Of a DNA stretch of 64,000 nucleotides, positions 29,063-39,574 are shown piece after piece. The translations under genes and the position numbers were made by a program. The notes below the pieces were generated by a model, which was not told where the DNA came from, did not search any database, and was given only the letters and a program-made list of their open reading frames with translations. Origin of the DNA: a virus; the IMG/VR virus record IMGVR_UViG_3300047444_000783, positions 45,587 to 109,586 of that record. The stretch is one strand, 5' to 3'. The first letter of the stretch is position 1; each line of letters opens with the position of its first letter.

Positions 29063-31465
29063 CTACCCGATGCGGAATAGCCGCATGTAACTGCCGCGCT
29101 GGATCACCATTGCCGCGGTCGTCGTGCTGGCCGCCGCCTGCAATTGGACAACCCCGTTCGTCGAGACGACGAATATACCCTCGTATGTCGCGAAAGTACT
29201 CAAGTACGTTACGGACGCCGGCGCGTTCGACAGGGTCGTCGAACCGGAAGCGGAATCGCCCTTCCATGGTGCGAATACGCCGACGGCCGAGATCGTTGGA
29301 GCCGCCGCGGCTGCGCTCGTCGGCATGAAGATGTAGCCGCGGGTCTGCGCCATCGCCGGGAACGTCAGCCCGAACTTCGTCGGCGCCGAGGTCGTTCCGC
29401 GGTTGAACATGATAAGCGCTTCAATGCGGTATATCTTAGCGGCGTCCACCGAAAGACTCATCCCGCTGATATTCGTCAGTCCTGTCGCGGATATCGTCTG
29501 CACCGTGCTCACAATCACCGTCCGGACCGTGTCCAGGACGGAAACCGTCTGCGAGATGACAGATACGGCCTGCGACAGGACGGACACCGCCTGCGACAAA
29601 ACGGACACCTGCTGCGAGAGGACCGACACAGCCTGGCTTACGATCGATGCCGCATTTGACGCGGCATTAGCGACGGACAGCGCGTTTGAAGCCGCCGTCG
29701 AGACAACCGAGACCGCCTGACTGACGATCGAAGCGGCATTCGATGCGGCATTCGCTACCGACAGCGCATTCGACGCGGCCGTAGAGACGATGGAAACGGC
29801 CTGCGACACGATCGACGCCGCATTTGACGCCGCGTTCGCTACCGACAGCGCATTTGACGCGGCCGTCGAGACGATCGATACTCCCTGCGAAAGCACTGAG
29901 ATCTGCTGGGAATGAAGAGAAAGCGCCTGCGATATGATGCTGATCGCATTCGATGTGACGGTCGCGCTCCCGCTGCCGCCAGTTGCATCGGCAGCCCACG
30001 CCCAATCGTAGTCCGTATTCGTATTCTTCTTGAGGACCTGGCCTGTCAGCCCTCCGGCTAACGTGCTCATCCGCTGGCTGAGAACCGAGTGGGCCTGAGA
30101 TAAGACCGAAACCTGCTGCGAGAGAACGGATACTTGCTGGGAGATAATCGAAGCTGCGTTGCTGACGACGTTGATCGCGGATCCACGATTCGAGATCTCA
30201 TTCGACAGGGCGTTCGATACGATCGAAGCGGCATTCGATGCGGCATTCGCCACAGATAGTGCGTTCGAGGCTGCATTTGATACGATCGACGCGGCGTTCG
30301 ACGCGGCGTTGGCGACGGATAGCGCGTTTGAGGCCGCTGTCGATACGATGGAAACAGCGTTCGATACGACGTTGATCGCGGATCCGCGGTTCGAGATCTC
30401 ATTCGACACGGTCTGCGAGAGAACGGAGTGGGCCTGCGAGAGGACCGAATGCGCCTGCGATAAGACCGATACCTGCTGAGACAGGATCGAGATGGCGTTG
30501 GACAGCGCGTTGGCTATCGAAATCCGATTGGACGTCTCATTCGACAGTGCGTTCGAAACGATCGATGCAGCGTTGGATGCAGCATTCGCGACCGACAGGG
30601 CATTCGAGGCCGCTGTGGATACGATGGAAACTGCTTGGCTGACGATCGATGCCGCGTTTGATGCGGCATTCGCCACTGACAGCGCGTTTGAGGCGGCCGT
30701 CGAAACGATCGAAACCGCCTGACTGACGATCGATACGGCGTTTGAAATGACGTTGTCCGCCGAGACTCGATTAGATATCTCATTGGAAACCGCTTGCGAG
30801 ATCAGCGAGACCTGCTGGGAGATCACCGAAATCGCGTTCGAGAGGACGTTGTCGGCAGATATCCTATTCGAGGTCTCGTTCGACAGGGCATTGGATACGA
30901 CAGAAACGCCCTGCGACAGCACGGAGACAGCCTGGGATAGGATAGACACGGCATTCGAAAGCGTGTCGGCCTGGGCGATCCTGGCGGCCGTTTCGACCGA
31001 CAGCGCCTGGCTGACGACAGAAACCCCCTGGCTGATCGTGTTGTCGGCCGCGACCCGAGCAGCCGTCTCTACAGATAAGGCCTGCGATACGATGCTGACA
31101 CCCTGCGAGAGGACGTTGTCGGCCGCCGCTCGAACGCTGAGTTCGTTCGAAATCGCATCCTCGACGTCCGTGAGGACCTTGGCGGTTATCGAGTTATCGA
31201 TGACGTCGCCGACCAGGATCGTGCGGGCGAACGTGCCTTCCTGCGCGCGGATGATCGTGAATATACCGCCAGACGTATCGGTAACCCGAACGATCTCGCT
31301 ATTGGCCTTCGTCGGTGCCGTGTTGGCTGGAGCGATCGTACAGTTAAACGGGGCAGCCGGGAAGCTGGTCGGGTCGACAGGCGTGAGCGTTGTCCCGCTC
31401 GAGGCCGGCGACGGAGCCGTCCCTACAGTGCTTTGCCCTAAATTCGCATGATTGTCGAACGACAT
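29063..31465 (-). CDS. Coiled-coil fibre protein with Ser/Ala/Asn heptad repeats
   Basis: Phage fibre N-terminus (EIVRVT...IRAQEGT), long SNAASIV/SQAVSVL heptads, GGLTGQVLKK. Confidence 0.7.
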   Translation of the reverse strand: MSFDNHANLGQSTVGTAPSPASSGTTLTPVDPTSFPAAPFNCTIAPANTAPTKANSEIVRVTDTSGGIFTIIRAQEGTFARTILVGDVIDNSITAKVLTDVEDAISNELSVRAAADNVLSQGVSIVSQALSVETAARVAADNTISQGVSVVSQALSVETAARIAQADTLSNAVSILSQAVSVLSQGVSVVSNALSNETSNRISADNVLSNAISVISQQVSLISQAVSNEISNRVSADNVISNAVSIVSQAVSIVSTAASNALSVANAASNAASIVSQAVSIVSTAASNALSVANAASNAASIVSNALSNETSNRISIANALSNAISILSQQVSVLSQAHSVLSQAHSVLSQTVSNEISNRGSAINVVSNAVSIVSTAASNALSVANAASNAASIVSNAASNALSVANAASNAASIVSNALSNEISNRGSAINVVSNAASIISQQVSVLSQQVSVLSQAHSVLSQRMSTLAGGLTGQVLKKNTNTDYDWAWAADATGGSGSATVTSNAISIISQALSLHSQQISVLSQGVSIVSTAASNALSVANAASNAASIVSQAVSIVSTAASNALSVANAASNAASIVSQAVSVVSTAASNALSVANAASNAASIVSQAVSVLSQQVSVLSQAVSVLSQAVSVISQTVSVLDTVRTVIVSTVQTISATGLTNISGMSLSVDAAKIYRIEALIMFNRGTTSAPTKFGLTFPAMAQTRGYIFMPTSAAAAAPTISAVGVFAPWKGDSASGSTTLSNAPASVTYLSTFATYEGIFVVSTNGVVQLQAAASTTTAAMVIQRGSYMRLFRIG

Positions 31466-31966
31466 CTACGCGTGCACCTTTATTAACCCGTTTGTCTGGT
31501 CGAAGGAAATCGCGAAAGACTGGCCGTTTCCTATACTTACGCTAGCACCGCAGTCAATCCAGGAGATGAGCGGTCCGGCCGTCGGAGTCGAGTTGTAGAC
31601 CACGAGATATCGGAACGGTCCGACCGTCCCTCCCGAGGCGGTGAGCGAGATCGGCGCGAGGACCAATCGATACAGCCCGTTGGACTGTTTGGACGAAACG
31701 ACAGTCAGCAGCCTCGAGGAACAATTGACGTACGAAATCTCTGAGATGTCAGACAGGACCGCATTCGTGTTGACCGGCGACGTGGCAGTTAGGGCAAACT
31801 TCAGAGCGTCGGCCGCGAGGTCGTGCACCTTGTTCGCCAGATCCGCCACAAACTGGTTGAACGCGTTGTACTTCCCAACCGGAGGACCGGGAGTCGTACC
31901 GCTCGATGGTATGTATCCCCCGGGGAAATACCCCCCGGGGAATCCTGGGAGATGGCTTCTCGACAT
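31466..31966 (-). CDS. Virion protein, paralog of 39143..39562
   Basis: YNAFNQFVADLANKVHDL...GPFRYLVVYNST; TAATG coupling. Confidence 0.7.
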   Translation of the reverse strand: MSRSHLPGFPGGYFPGGYIPSSGTTPGPPVGKYNAFNQFVADLANKVHDLAADALKFALTATSPVNTNAVLSDISEISYVNCSSRLLTVVSSKQSNGLYRLVLAPISLTASGGTVGPFRYLVVYNSTPTAGPLISWIDCGASVSIGNGQSFAISFDQTNGLIKVHA

Positions 31967-34590
31967 TAGTTCAAGGTCAGCGTGCAGGTTGTCCGGTTGC
32001 CGTTGACGTCGACCGTGCAACTAATCACGTTCTTCGTATCGGCCGGGTCGCGGAAAACAATCGTCGAGGTCCCGCTGCCGGACGTTTTACCTCCAAGGGC
32101 GGATGCGATTAACCTCATAGCCTGGCGAAGGGTTTCATCGGCCCCGCTCGCCCGATCTAGTAAAGCGTCGGCCGCGCTGTTGTTACCAGCCGTCGAGAGC
32201 GAATAGCCGGCCTTGTCGTTATTGGTTCCGACCTTTACCTGTCCGGTCGTCAGATCGACCTGCCCGACGCCGGTTCCCTGGCTGACCTTCATCGTGTCTC
32301 CGGCCTGGGCTGCAGTCTTTGCCTGATCGTAGGCGGCCGTCAGAGCGTAGCCCGTCTTGTCGTTGTTGGTCGTGACGGTGACCCCGCCAGAAGCCAGACG
32401 CGAGGAGATAGCCACGTCGATATTGTCCTTCAGGAGTTTGCCGACCGAACTGGCGGTCGCGAAGTCGCTCGAGGCTAGCAGGTCCTGCCAGACGGTAGCC
32501 GCTACCTGTGCGGCCGTCGGTGCCGTCGCACCCGGGATCGCATCGTACGGCAAGATCGCGAACGTGCTCGTGTTGTCTGGATTCGTCACCCAGGTCGCGA
32601 CCGTCGCAATCTTCGTGCTGCCGACGTATGAGGTAATGAACTTCGCCTGCCCGGCGCCGGTTCCGCCCGTGATCAGAAGAAGATCGTTGCTGTAAAAATT
32701 ATCAGTTGCCGAGGCCGATGCGTCGAGAGTGATCGTCGTCGCGGCTCCCGCCTGCGCGGTATTGCTACGAACGGTCTGCAGTCCCGTGTCTGCGGCGAAG
32801 GTCGCGCGATCGATCGCGCCGTCGGCGATCACGCTCGCGTTCACGCTATTGGCCGCGAGCGATGCGACCTTGACCTGACCGGTCACAAGATCAATCTGGC
32901 CGGCGGCCGTGCCCTGGCTGACCTTCATCGTATCGCCAGCCTGAGCTGCTGTCTTTGCCGGGTCGTAAGCCGAGGTTAGAGCATAACCAGTCTTGTCGAG
33001 GTTCGTCGCGACCGTGACGTTCCCGCTCGCCAAACGACTCGAGATCGCCGCGTCGATGTTGTCGTGCAGCAGCTTGCCGATCGAAGCAGACGTCGAGAAG
33101 TCCGCCGAAGCAAGTAGGTCCTGCCAGACGGCCGTTGAAATCTGGCCGACCGTTGGGGCGCTCGCTCCAGGTACGACGTCGAATGGAAGGATGGCGAACG
33201 TGCTCGTGTTGTCCGGGTTCGTCGCCCATGTGCCGACGGTCGCGATCTTGGTCGCGCCAACATAGGCCGTGATGAACTTCGCCTGCCCGGCGCCGGTCCC
33301 GCCCGTGATCAAGATCATGTCGTTGACGTAGAAGCTATTCGTCGCCGAAGCCCCGGCATCGAGCGTGATCGTCGTGGCCGCGCCAGCCGCCGCCGTATTC
33401 GACCGGATTGTCTGCAGCCCAGTGTCGGCCGCGAAAGTCGCTCGATCGATCGCCCCGTCTGCGATCGCGGCGGCCGTCACGCTATTCGCCGCCAGAGATG
33501 CGACGGCGACCGCTCCGCTCGACAGGTTGATCTGGTTCGCGCCCGTTCCCGAGCTGACCTTCATGATGTCGCCGGCTTGCGACGCTGTCTTTGCCGGATC
33601 GTAAGCGCTCGTCAGAGCATAGCCCGTCTTATCCAGGTTGGTCGCTACCGTCACATTGCCGGACGCCATTCGGGAGGAGATTGCCGCATCGATGTCGTCA
33701 TGCAGCAGCTTACCTATCGAAGCGGCTGTTGAGAAATCGCTCGAGGCGAGCAGATCCTGCCAGACTGCCGTCGAGATCTGGCCGACTGTCGGGACGCTCG
33801 CGCCCGGGACGGAGTCGAATGGGAGGATAGCGAATGTGCTTGCCGCGGCTGGGTTTGTGGCCCAGGTCGCGACGGTCGCGACTTTCGTGCTGCCGACATA
33901 CCCCGTTATAAATCGCGCCTGCCCGGCGCCGGTCCCACCCGTAATGAGAATGATGTCATTGTTGTAGAAGTTGTTTGTTGCCGACGCTCCGGCGTCGAGC
34001 GTAATCGTTGTAGCGGCTCCCGCCGTCGCGGTATTCGAACGGATCGACTGAAGCCCCGTGTCGGCGTTAAGGGCTGCGCGGTTGATCGCACCAGCCGACG
34101 CGCTGACCGTATTCACGCCCAATTGAGCGGTCGCCGTGTTGACGGCCGCGCCAACAATCTGCCGGACGTCCACCTGGGCGTTCGTGATGTACCCGGTTGC
34201 GCTCGCTCCGTAGAAGGCGTCGTAAACGGCCGGCGTCACGACATAGCAGGGCTTGAAGACGTACAGAGCGCCCGCAACGTGAACGTTGATCTCGAGCGTC
34301 CCGACCGTCGATGTATCTGTCGCATCGAGGGTTATATAATAATTGCCAGCCTCTTTGAAGGTCGCCCCTCCCGAGTTTTTGGCCACCGGATCAGCGCTTG
34401 CCTTCGCCAGGCGGATATCGCTCGCGTTGATCGTCAGCGCGTTCTTTTCGGTATTCCCGTCTGACGGATCCAGGAACGGACCGATCAGATGGGTCTGAGC
34501 GCCAGTCGATTGCCGCAAGAAACACTGAGACCATGCTGGCGTCGAGACGGCGCAGAACAAAAGAATCCAGAGTAGCCGCAGTCGTTTCAT
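31966..34590 (-). CDS. Signal-peptide-bearing repeat protein (three ~212-aa repeats)
   Basis: MKRLRLLWILLFCAVSTPAWSQ; repeated ITGGTGAGQ...WQDLLASSDFST units. Confidence 0.75.
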   Translation of the reverse strand: MKRLRLLWILLFCAVSTPAWSQCFLRQSTGAQTHLIGPFLDPSDGNTEKNALTINASDIRLAKASADPVAKNSGGATFKEAGNYYITLDATDTSTVGTLEINVHVAGALYVFKPCYVVTPAVYDAFYGASATGYITNAQVDVRQIVGAAVNTATAQLGVNTVSASAGAINRAALNADTGLQSIRSNTATAGAATTITLDAGASATNNFYNNDIILITGGTGAGQARFITGYVGSTKVATVATWATNPAAASTFAILPFDSVPGASVPTVGQISTAVWQDLLASSDFSTAASIGKLLHDDIDAAISSRMASGNVTVATNLDKTGYALTSAYDPAKTASQAGDIMKVSSGTGANQINLSSGAVAVASLAANSVTAAAIADGAIDRATFAADTGLQTIRSNTAAAGAATTITLDAGASATNSFYVNDMILITGGTGAGQAKFITAYVGATKIATVGTWATNPDNTSTFAILPFDVVPGASAPTVGQISTAVWQDLLASADFSTSASIGKLLHDNIDAAISSRLASGNVTVATNLDKTGYALTSAYDPAKTAAQAGDTMKVSQGTAAGQIDLVTGQVKVASLAANSVNASVIADGAIDRATFAADTGLQTVRSNTAQAGAATTITLDASASATDNFYSNDLLLITGGTGAGQAKFITSYVGSTKIATVATWVTNPDNTSTFAILPYDAIPGATAPTAAQVAATVWQDLLASSDFATASSVGKLLKDNIDVAISSRLASGGVTVTTNNDKTGYALTAAYDQAKTAAQAGDTMKVSQGTGVGQVDLTTGQVKVGTNNDKAGYSLSTAGNNSAADALLDRASGADETLRQAMRLIASALGGKTSGSGTSTIVFRDPADTKNVISCTVDVNGNRTTCTLTLN

Positions 34591-37500
34591 TGTCGGTGTC
34601 TCCTGAAGAGTTCCATTAAAATAGGTGCGATCGGGTTGGTAGCTCCGGCTGGTTTAAACGTCGCGACGTTCGCCAGCCAAGGACCGCTGTTGGAAGTCCA
34701 GGTCGCGGTCGCGGTGCCGCTCGACATCGCTATCTCGTATTGATTCCGCGCATCCTGCATTTGATTGAATCCAGCGCCGATCACTTCGCCACCGTTAATG
34801 TTCGCGCCAAAACCGAGGACGAGGTCACCCGTTGTGGCCGTTGCCGATGCCGATAAGGACGTGCCCGTCCCGTTGTTCGTCCCGGTATGGTCCAGCGGCG
34901 CCGTCTTGTCCGCGCCAACCCACTCGCTGACGTTGACCGTCAGGTAGTAGGGCGTGCTGATACCAGCCGTGTTCACCGTGATCGTGTTGGCGCCACCGGT
35001 GATATTTTTCGCGTAGTTCACGCATCCGATGACCCCGGTAGTCCCGAGATTGAGAATCGCTGACGGGTAGCTGTTTAATTGGCTGTCGGTGATGCTGCAC
35101 GATCCGCCGGCATTGCTCAGGACGCAAGAGGCGTCCGGGCAATAGGTGATGGTGATGATATTCAGGTTCCCTGTAGTCTCAGGGATCGTGAGAGTCTGGC
35201 TTAGCGTCCCTCCAGGGCCGAGAATGATGCTCGACTGCAATTGGACCAGGCAGATCTGGTTGATCACGCAACTCTGGATATACGCGCCGATGCTCCACGG
35301 CGTCGTCCGGGGGTTACCATCCGCGTCCGTCGTGAACGTTGCGGATAGATCTAAGCCGGTGCCTGCCGCAGGGCTGCCTGGGCGAATATGGAAGTTGCCG
35401 GCCGCCGCATTAACAAAGAGCGGATCGGTCATGCCTTCCGCTGTGCCGCATGGGGTGACGCTGCCGGCGTTCAGGTTGTTGCTGCACGTCTGTCCCGCCG
35501 TAGCATCGTTAATCGCATGACCATCCATATAGAAAATGTTGTTTTTAGCAATGACGCCGCTAGGAAGACCAGAGCCAAAGTTGTCAAAGGAGAGCGCATA
35601 GCCGGAGTTATTGAAAAGCGTATTGTTGTAGATAAAGGCTGAAGTGACCGGAGTAGAAGAAACATCAATGCCGTTGAAGTTACCGTAAACAACGTTGTTA
35701 TATGCGGAGTTTCCTGCCCCAAGGCTGATAAGGATTCCGACGCACGTATCGCCTGTCACCGTGTTGTTGCGGATTACGTTCGCATGGTTGGAATGGTAAA
35801 GAACGATCGACTGGCAATAGGTATTCGTGATTCGGTTGCCGTCTATTATCGTATTGTGAGAATCCGTCGTATCGTCGCCTACATAAACGGCATGGTCGAA
35901 CGCTGAAGAATTCGCTCGCCCTGTATCGATGATGTCGTTGTTCAGAATTGAACTGTTGCTAAGATCTCCTTCAATGGCGCTCCCTTCACTGACGTTCGTT
36001 CCATCGCCACCCGCCTTGTAGACCGTCCCATTTTTGACCGTCACGTCAGTCAACGCACTCCCCGGAGGAGCTAGGACGCCACCGCACTGGGCAACGAAAT
36101 GAGCGTTGCAGTCGATATAGAAACCATCAATCGTGATGTGACTGTGGGTCAACAGAAACCCGTAGTGCGTGTTGGCTGGACGGATCTTGGCGGCGTTACG
36201 GTTCGCCGCTTGGATGATCGTCGGCGCACCCATTGAACCAACTGGCGGATTGATGTCCTGTTCGTCGTAGTTTCCATCGCCGACGATGAGCGTGTTACCG
36301 CCGACAAGGCAGCCAACTCCTCCACCAATCGTCTGCCGCGCGTGCGCGTCATCGTTTACTGTCGCCAGCGCGCACGGGTGCGTATCGTCGCCGGTCGTCC
36401 GCACGTAGTAGGTCGTCGCATTCGCAATGAAAGCCCCGGCATCCCAGGCGCCCATGCTCGGACGTGGGTTACCATCGAAGTCCGTGCAAAACGTTCCACA
36501 GAGATTCGTGCCGAACCCGGCGGCCGGGCTGCCTGGATTAACGTGGAAATCGCCAGATCCGGCGGCGGCGAAGAGTGGGTCAGTCATCCCTTCTGTTGGA
36601 TTGCATCCTGGGGCTATATTGAAATTGTTGCTGCAGGTCTCGCCGGAGAAAGAGGTCATCCCATCAGTGTTGATGCCAACACCATTATTCATATAGCAGA
36701 GGTTGTTTTCGATGGTGTTCCCTACTTGAGTGCTTCCTGAAGAACTTCTATAGATGCAACCCCCAGTATTTCCATAGATGGTATTATTCGCGAATAAAAC
36801 ATTTGCAGGGTCGGCATAGAAATTTACCCCGTATCCCCCATTGGTCACACCGGTGATGGTTACGTTGTAAACTTGGGTACCGCTTGTGCAATTTGCTATG
36901 AAAATCCCAACGCGAGGACTGCCATTTATGGAGCTATTGCGCAGAATGTTATTGAGGCCAGCACCAGCGTCGCAGGAACCATTTCTGAACTGGACCGCCC
37001 CTTCTGCGATGTTGACAAACGTGTTGCCGTCGATAGTGTTATCTGATTCCTGAATGTAATAGCCTAGACCTTCATAGTTGTTGTCGAGACCGGCGCAAAA
37101 TCCTCCAATGTCGTGAATATAGTTATTGGTGAATTGGTCGAAGGTAGAACCGTGCGTTCCTGGCCCAAGGTTGTCTGTGACTTCAACCGCATTTGAAGTG
37201 CTGGAGCAGTTCGAATTATCGATGTGTTGAAAATGATGTATCTCTGAATTGACGATATCGATGTGATCGCTGTGGTTCAACCGGAACCCGTCATTCGTTG
37301 CTGGCGTATTCGCCCCATCTTCCGCTATCCCGTCGAATCTGATGTAGGATCTGCTCAACATCCAAATGACGCCAACTCCGCCGGCTGGAAGATTGATCGT
37401 CGGCTTGATGACAGCCATCCGATTATTAACAGCCTTGATGGTGGTTGGGGCACCCATCGAGCCGGACGGAATCGTGTCCGGAATGAGGGTATCGTACGTT

Positions 37501-39140
37501 CCGTCGTTCAGCATCAACGTGTCGCCGGCAAGTGCTGTCAAGCACGCAATCCCGCCCGCAACCGTCTTCTTCGCGTGCGCGTCGTCGTTCGTCGTCGCCG
37601 AGGCGCAGGACCCTGCGTCGGAGGCGGCGGTCGTGCGAACGTAGTACGTCGCTCCCGTATAACCGGCTGGAAACGAGCAGCCGCCGGTATTGACATGCAA
37701 ACGATTTTGCACGTCGAAAGCCGACTGTCCGGCGACATCATTTAATCCGCCAACGGCTGCTCCATGGGGAAATGCGCCAGTTGACGCGTCCCACAACCTG
37801 GCAGTCGTCAATATTCCATTGACATATTCATAAAGAACGTTAGCCCCAATATCAGATCCGCCCAATCCAGCGCCGTGAAGATTAGACGCTGCCGGGATCC
37901 AGGCATAGCATGTACCGAGTCCTGTCGGAGCGGATGTGGATGCGTTCGTAATGTTCGCATTCGGCGGCGCTGGACTATAGTTGGTTCCATTGCCGCTGGC
38001 CACCGTGTAGTTCAGGGTCCAGGTCGTCGTGGCCGTTATCTCAAATCCAAAACTTGACGAGTTGTTAATCGAGAGGCACCCCGTGCAGAAGAATGAAGGC
38101 GACGGCGCCGGGTTCGTACCGGCCGGCGCATCTGCCACAATTCCAATGCTGGTTCCGCTGCCAAACACCGACACGTTCGAGACCTGGGTATTAAGTGCCC
38201 CTCGTGGATAGATCCCCGCTTGATTTGGGTTGATGACGACCGCGTTTTTGATCGTGGTATTGGTCGGGAATGTTCCAGGATTTCGCGAGGCCTCCGTAGC
38301 CCCGTAATAATCGTTCAGCGAAATGTTTCCCAACTCCTGGTTGCTGTCGGATGTGGCCGTCGCTTGAATATCGATCCCGTCATCATTATTCTCCGAGATG
38401 TTGTTTTCAAGGATGTCGCCGCTTTCCGGGTACGGATTGAACGCCGCATCGCCACGCAACACGTTACTGGAGACGAAGCCACTGGGGATATCCGCATACA
38501 ACCTGGAATTCGCGTAGTTCCTCCTGTACGTGTTGTTCGACCCATTCTTTGTGACCACCGCGCTCCGGTGAAAGTAATAAAACTCGTTCTCCTCGATCAG
38601 AGAGTTCGTGATCGCAATGAACAGCAAGTGCTCACAATTGCAATACCGGTTATTGTGGTCGAAAATGTTTCGTCGGACCGTGATGTGGTCCCCGGTATTG
38701 AACGCCAGTAGGTCATCGAACAGCCCGACTCCTGGCTGATCCGCGCTTTGAAAGTGCAAGCCGAGCACGCTCCAGTAGGAGCAGTGAGTCGCGAACATCG
38801 CAAACGTCGAGTTCATTGCAGTCGCGTCGATCAGCGCCTGCCGTTCGTTCTCTGCAACGATTGTCACGGGGTTGCCTGCCGTCCCGTTATGAGCCGTCCC
38901 ACTACAGTCAGCCGAAAGGAACCCGCTATTGCTCCCGTTGTAAGTCCCGTTCCGAAGAGTCAGGGTGTCGCCTGCGGTGATGATTGGGACTGCGTGAGCA
39001 AACGTCTTCCATGGAGACCCTGAAGACGTGCCCGGATTGGCGTCAGAACCGGTGGGCGAGATCCAGTATGTCGTGGCCGAGACTGTCCCCGGCAGCGCGA
39101 TTAAAAACAGGCAAAGTAGAAAGATGATTTTCTTAAACAC
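34587..39140 (-). CDS. Large signal-peptide-bearing protein with three beta-helix modules
   Basis: GTG start gives (M)FKKIIFLLCLFLIALPGTVSA; three ATxYY/W-starting modules ending DIGA / WDAGAF / WSIGAY. Confidence 0.75.
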   Translation of the reverse strand: MFKKIIFLLCLFLIALPGTVSATTYWISPTGSDANPGTSSGSPWKTFAHAVPIITAGDTLTLRNGTYNGSNSGFLSADCSGTAHNGTAGNPVTIVAENERQALIDATAMNSTFAMFATHCSYWSVLGLHFQSADQPGVGLFDDLLAFNTGDHITVRRNIFDHNNRYCNCEHLLFIAITNSLIEENEFYYFHRSAVVTKNGSNNTYRRNYANSRLYADIPSGFVSSNVLRGDAAFNPYPESGDILENNISENNDDGIDIQATATSDSNQELGNISLNDYYGATEASRNPGTFPTNTTIKNAVVINPNQAGIYPRGALNTQVSNVSVFGSGTSIGIVADAPAGTNPAPSPSFFCTGCLSINNSSSFGFEITATTTWTLNYTVASGNGTNYSPAPPNANITNASTSAPTGLGTCYAWIPAASNLHGAGLGGSDIGANVLYEYVNGILTTARLWDASTGAFPHGAAVGGLNDVAGQSAFDVQNRLHVNTGGCSFPAGYTGATYYVRTTAASDAGSCASATTNDDAHAKKTVAGGIACLTALAGDTLMLNDGTYDTLIPDTIPSGSMGAPTTIKAVNNRMAVIKPTINLPAGGVGVIWMLSRSYIRFDGIAEDGANTPATNDGFRLNHSDHIDIVNSEIHHFQHIDNSNCSSTSNAVEVTDNLGPGTHGSTFDQFTNNYIHDIGGFCAGLDNNYEGLGYYIQESDNTIDGNTFVNIAEGAVQFRNGSCDAGAGLNNILRNSSINGSPRVGIFIANCTSGTQVYNVTITGVTNGGYGVNFYADPANVLFANNTIYGNTGGCIYRSSSGSTQVGNTIENNLCYMNNGVGINTDGMTSFSGETCSNNFNIAPGCNPTEGMTDPLFAAAGSGDFHVNPGSPAAGFGTNLCGTFCTDFDGNPRPSMGAWDAGAFIANATTYYVRTTGDDTHPCALATVNDDAHARQTIGGGVGCLVGGNTLIVGDGNYDEQDINPPVGSMGAPTIIQAANRNAAKIRPANTHYGFLLTHSHITIDGFYIDCNAHFVAQCGGVLAPPGSALTDVTVKNGTVYKAGGDGTNVSEGSAIEGDLSNSSILNNDIIDTGRANSSAFDHAVYVGDDTTDSHNTIIDGNRITNTYCQSIVLYHSNHANVIRNNTVTGDTCVGILISLGAGNSAYNNVVYGNFNGIDVSSTPVTSAFIYNNTLFNNSGYALSFDNFGSGLPSGVIAKNNIFYMDGHAINDATAGQTCSNNLNAGSVTPCGTAEGMTDPLFVNAAAGNFHIRPGSPAAGTGLDLSATFTTDADGNPRTTPWSIGAYIQSCVINQICLVQLQSSIILGPGGTLSQTLTIPETTGNLNIITITYCPDASCVLSNAGGSCSITDSQLNSYPSAILNLGTTGVIGCVNYAKNITGGANTITVNTAGISTPYYLTVNVSEWVGADKTAPLDHTGTNNGTGTSLSASATATTGDLVLGFGANINGGEVIGAGFNQMQDARNQYEIAMSSGTATATWTSNSGPWLANVATFKPAGATNPIAPILMELFRRHRQ

Positions 39141-39142
39141 AC

Positions 39143-39562
39143 CTACCCCAATTGCAGTTGAATCAATCCGGTCGGGCCGTTGAACGTCAGCGGCCACGAC
39201 TCAGACTCGTTAAGAAAGACGGATGCCCCGTAATCAAACCAGGCGATCAGCGGATGATTGCTCGGCGTCGCGTTATAAATCACGATGTACCGGTATGGGC
39301 CGACGGACCCGTGTGACGCCTGGAGCGCAAGATCCTTGCACACCAGTTTGTACAGGCCGGCGGTCTGAGTCGATGAGATGACCGTGATATCGCGCGCGCT
39401 GCAGTGCCTGTAGCGGACTTCGTGGATGCTCGAGAGTACCCGATTTAACGGGCTGGGCTGGGTATTGGTGAGCGCGACCTTAAGGTCGTCGGACCCGAGG
39501 TTGTGAACCCCATTGGCGAGATCCGCCACGAACTGCTGGAACAGATTGTAGACGGCCGTCAT
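39143..39562 (-). CDS. Virion protein, paralog of 31466..31966
   Basis: YNLFQQFVADLANGVHNL...GPYRYIVIYNAT. Confidence 0.7.
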   Translation of the reverse strand: MTAVYNLFQQFVADLANGVHNLGSDDLKVALTNTQPSPLNRVLSSIHEVRYRHCSARDITVISSTQTAGLYKLVCKDLALQASHGSVGPYRYIVIYNATPSNHPLIAWFDYGASVFLNESESWPLTFNGPTGLIQLQLG

Positions 39563-39574
39563 TCATCGTCATCC

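Noticed and set aside
29400-34100. CRISPR array or diversity-generating retroelement repeats
   Set aside because: The repeats are in-frame protein repeats with synonymous divergence; there are no spacers, cas genes or reverse transcriptase in the window.
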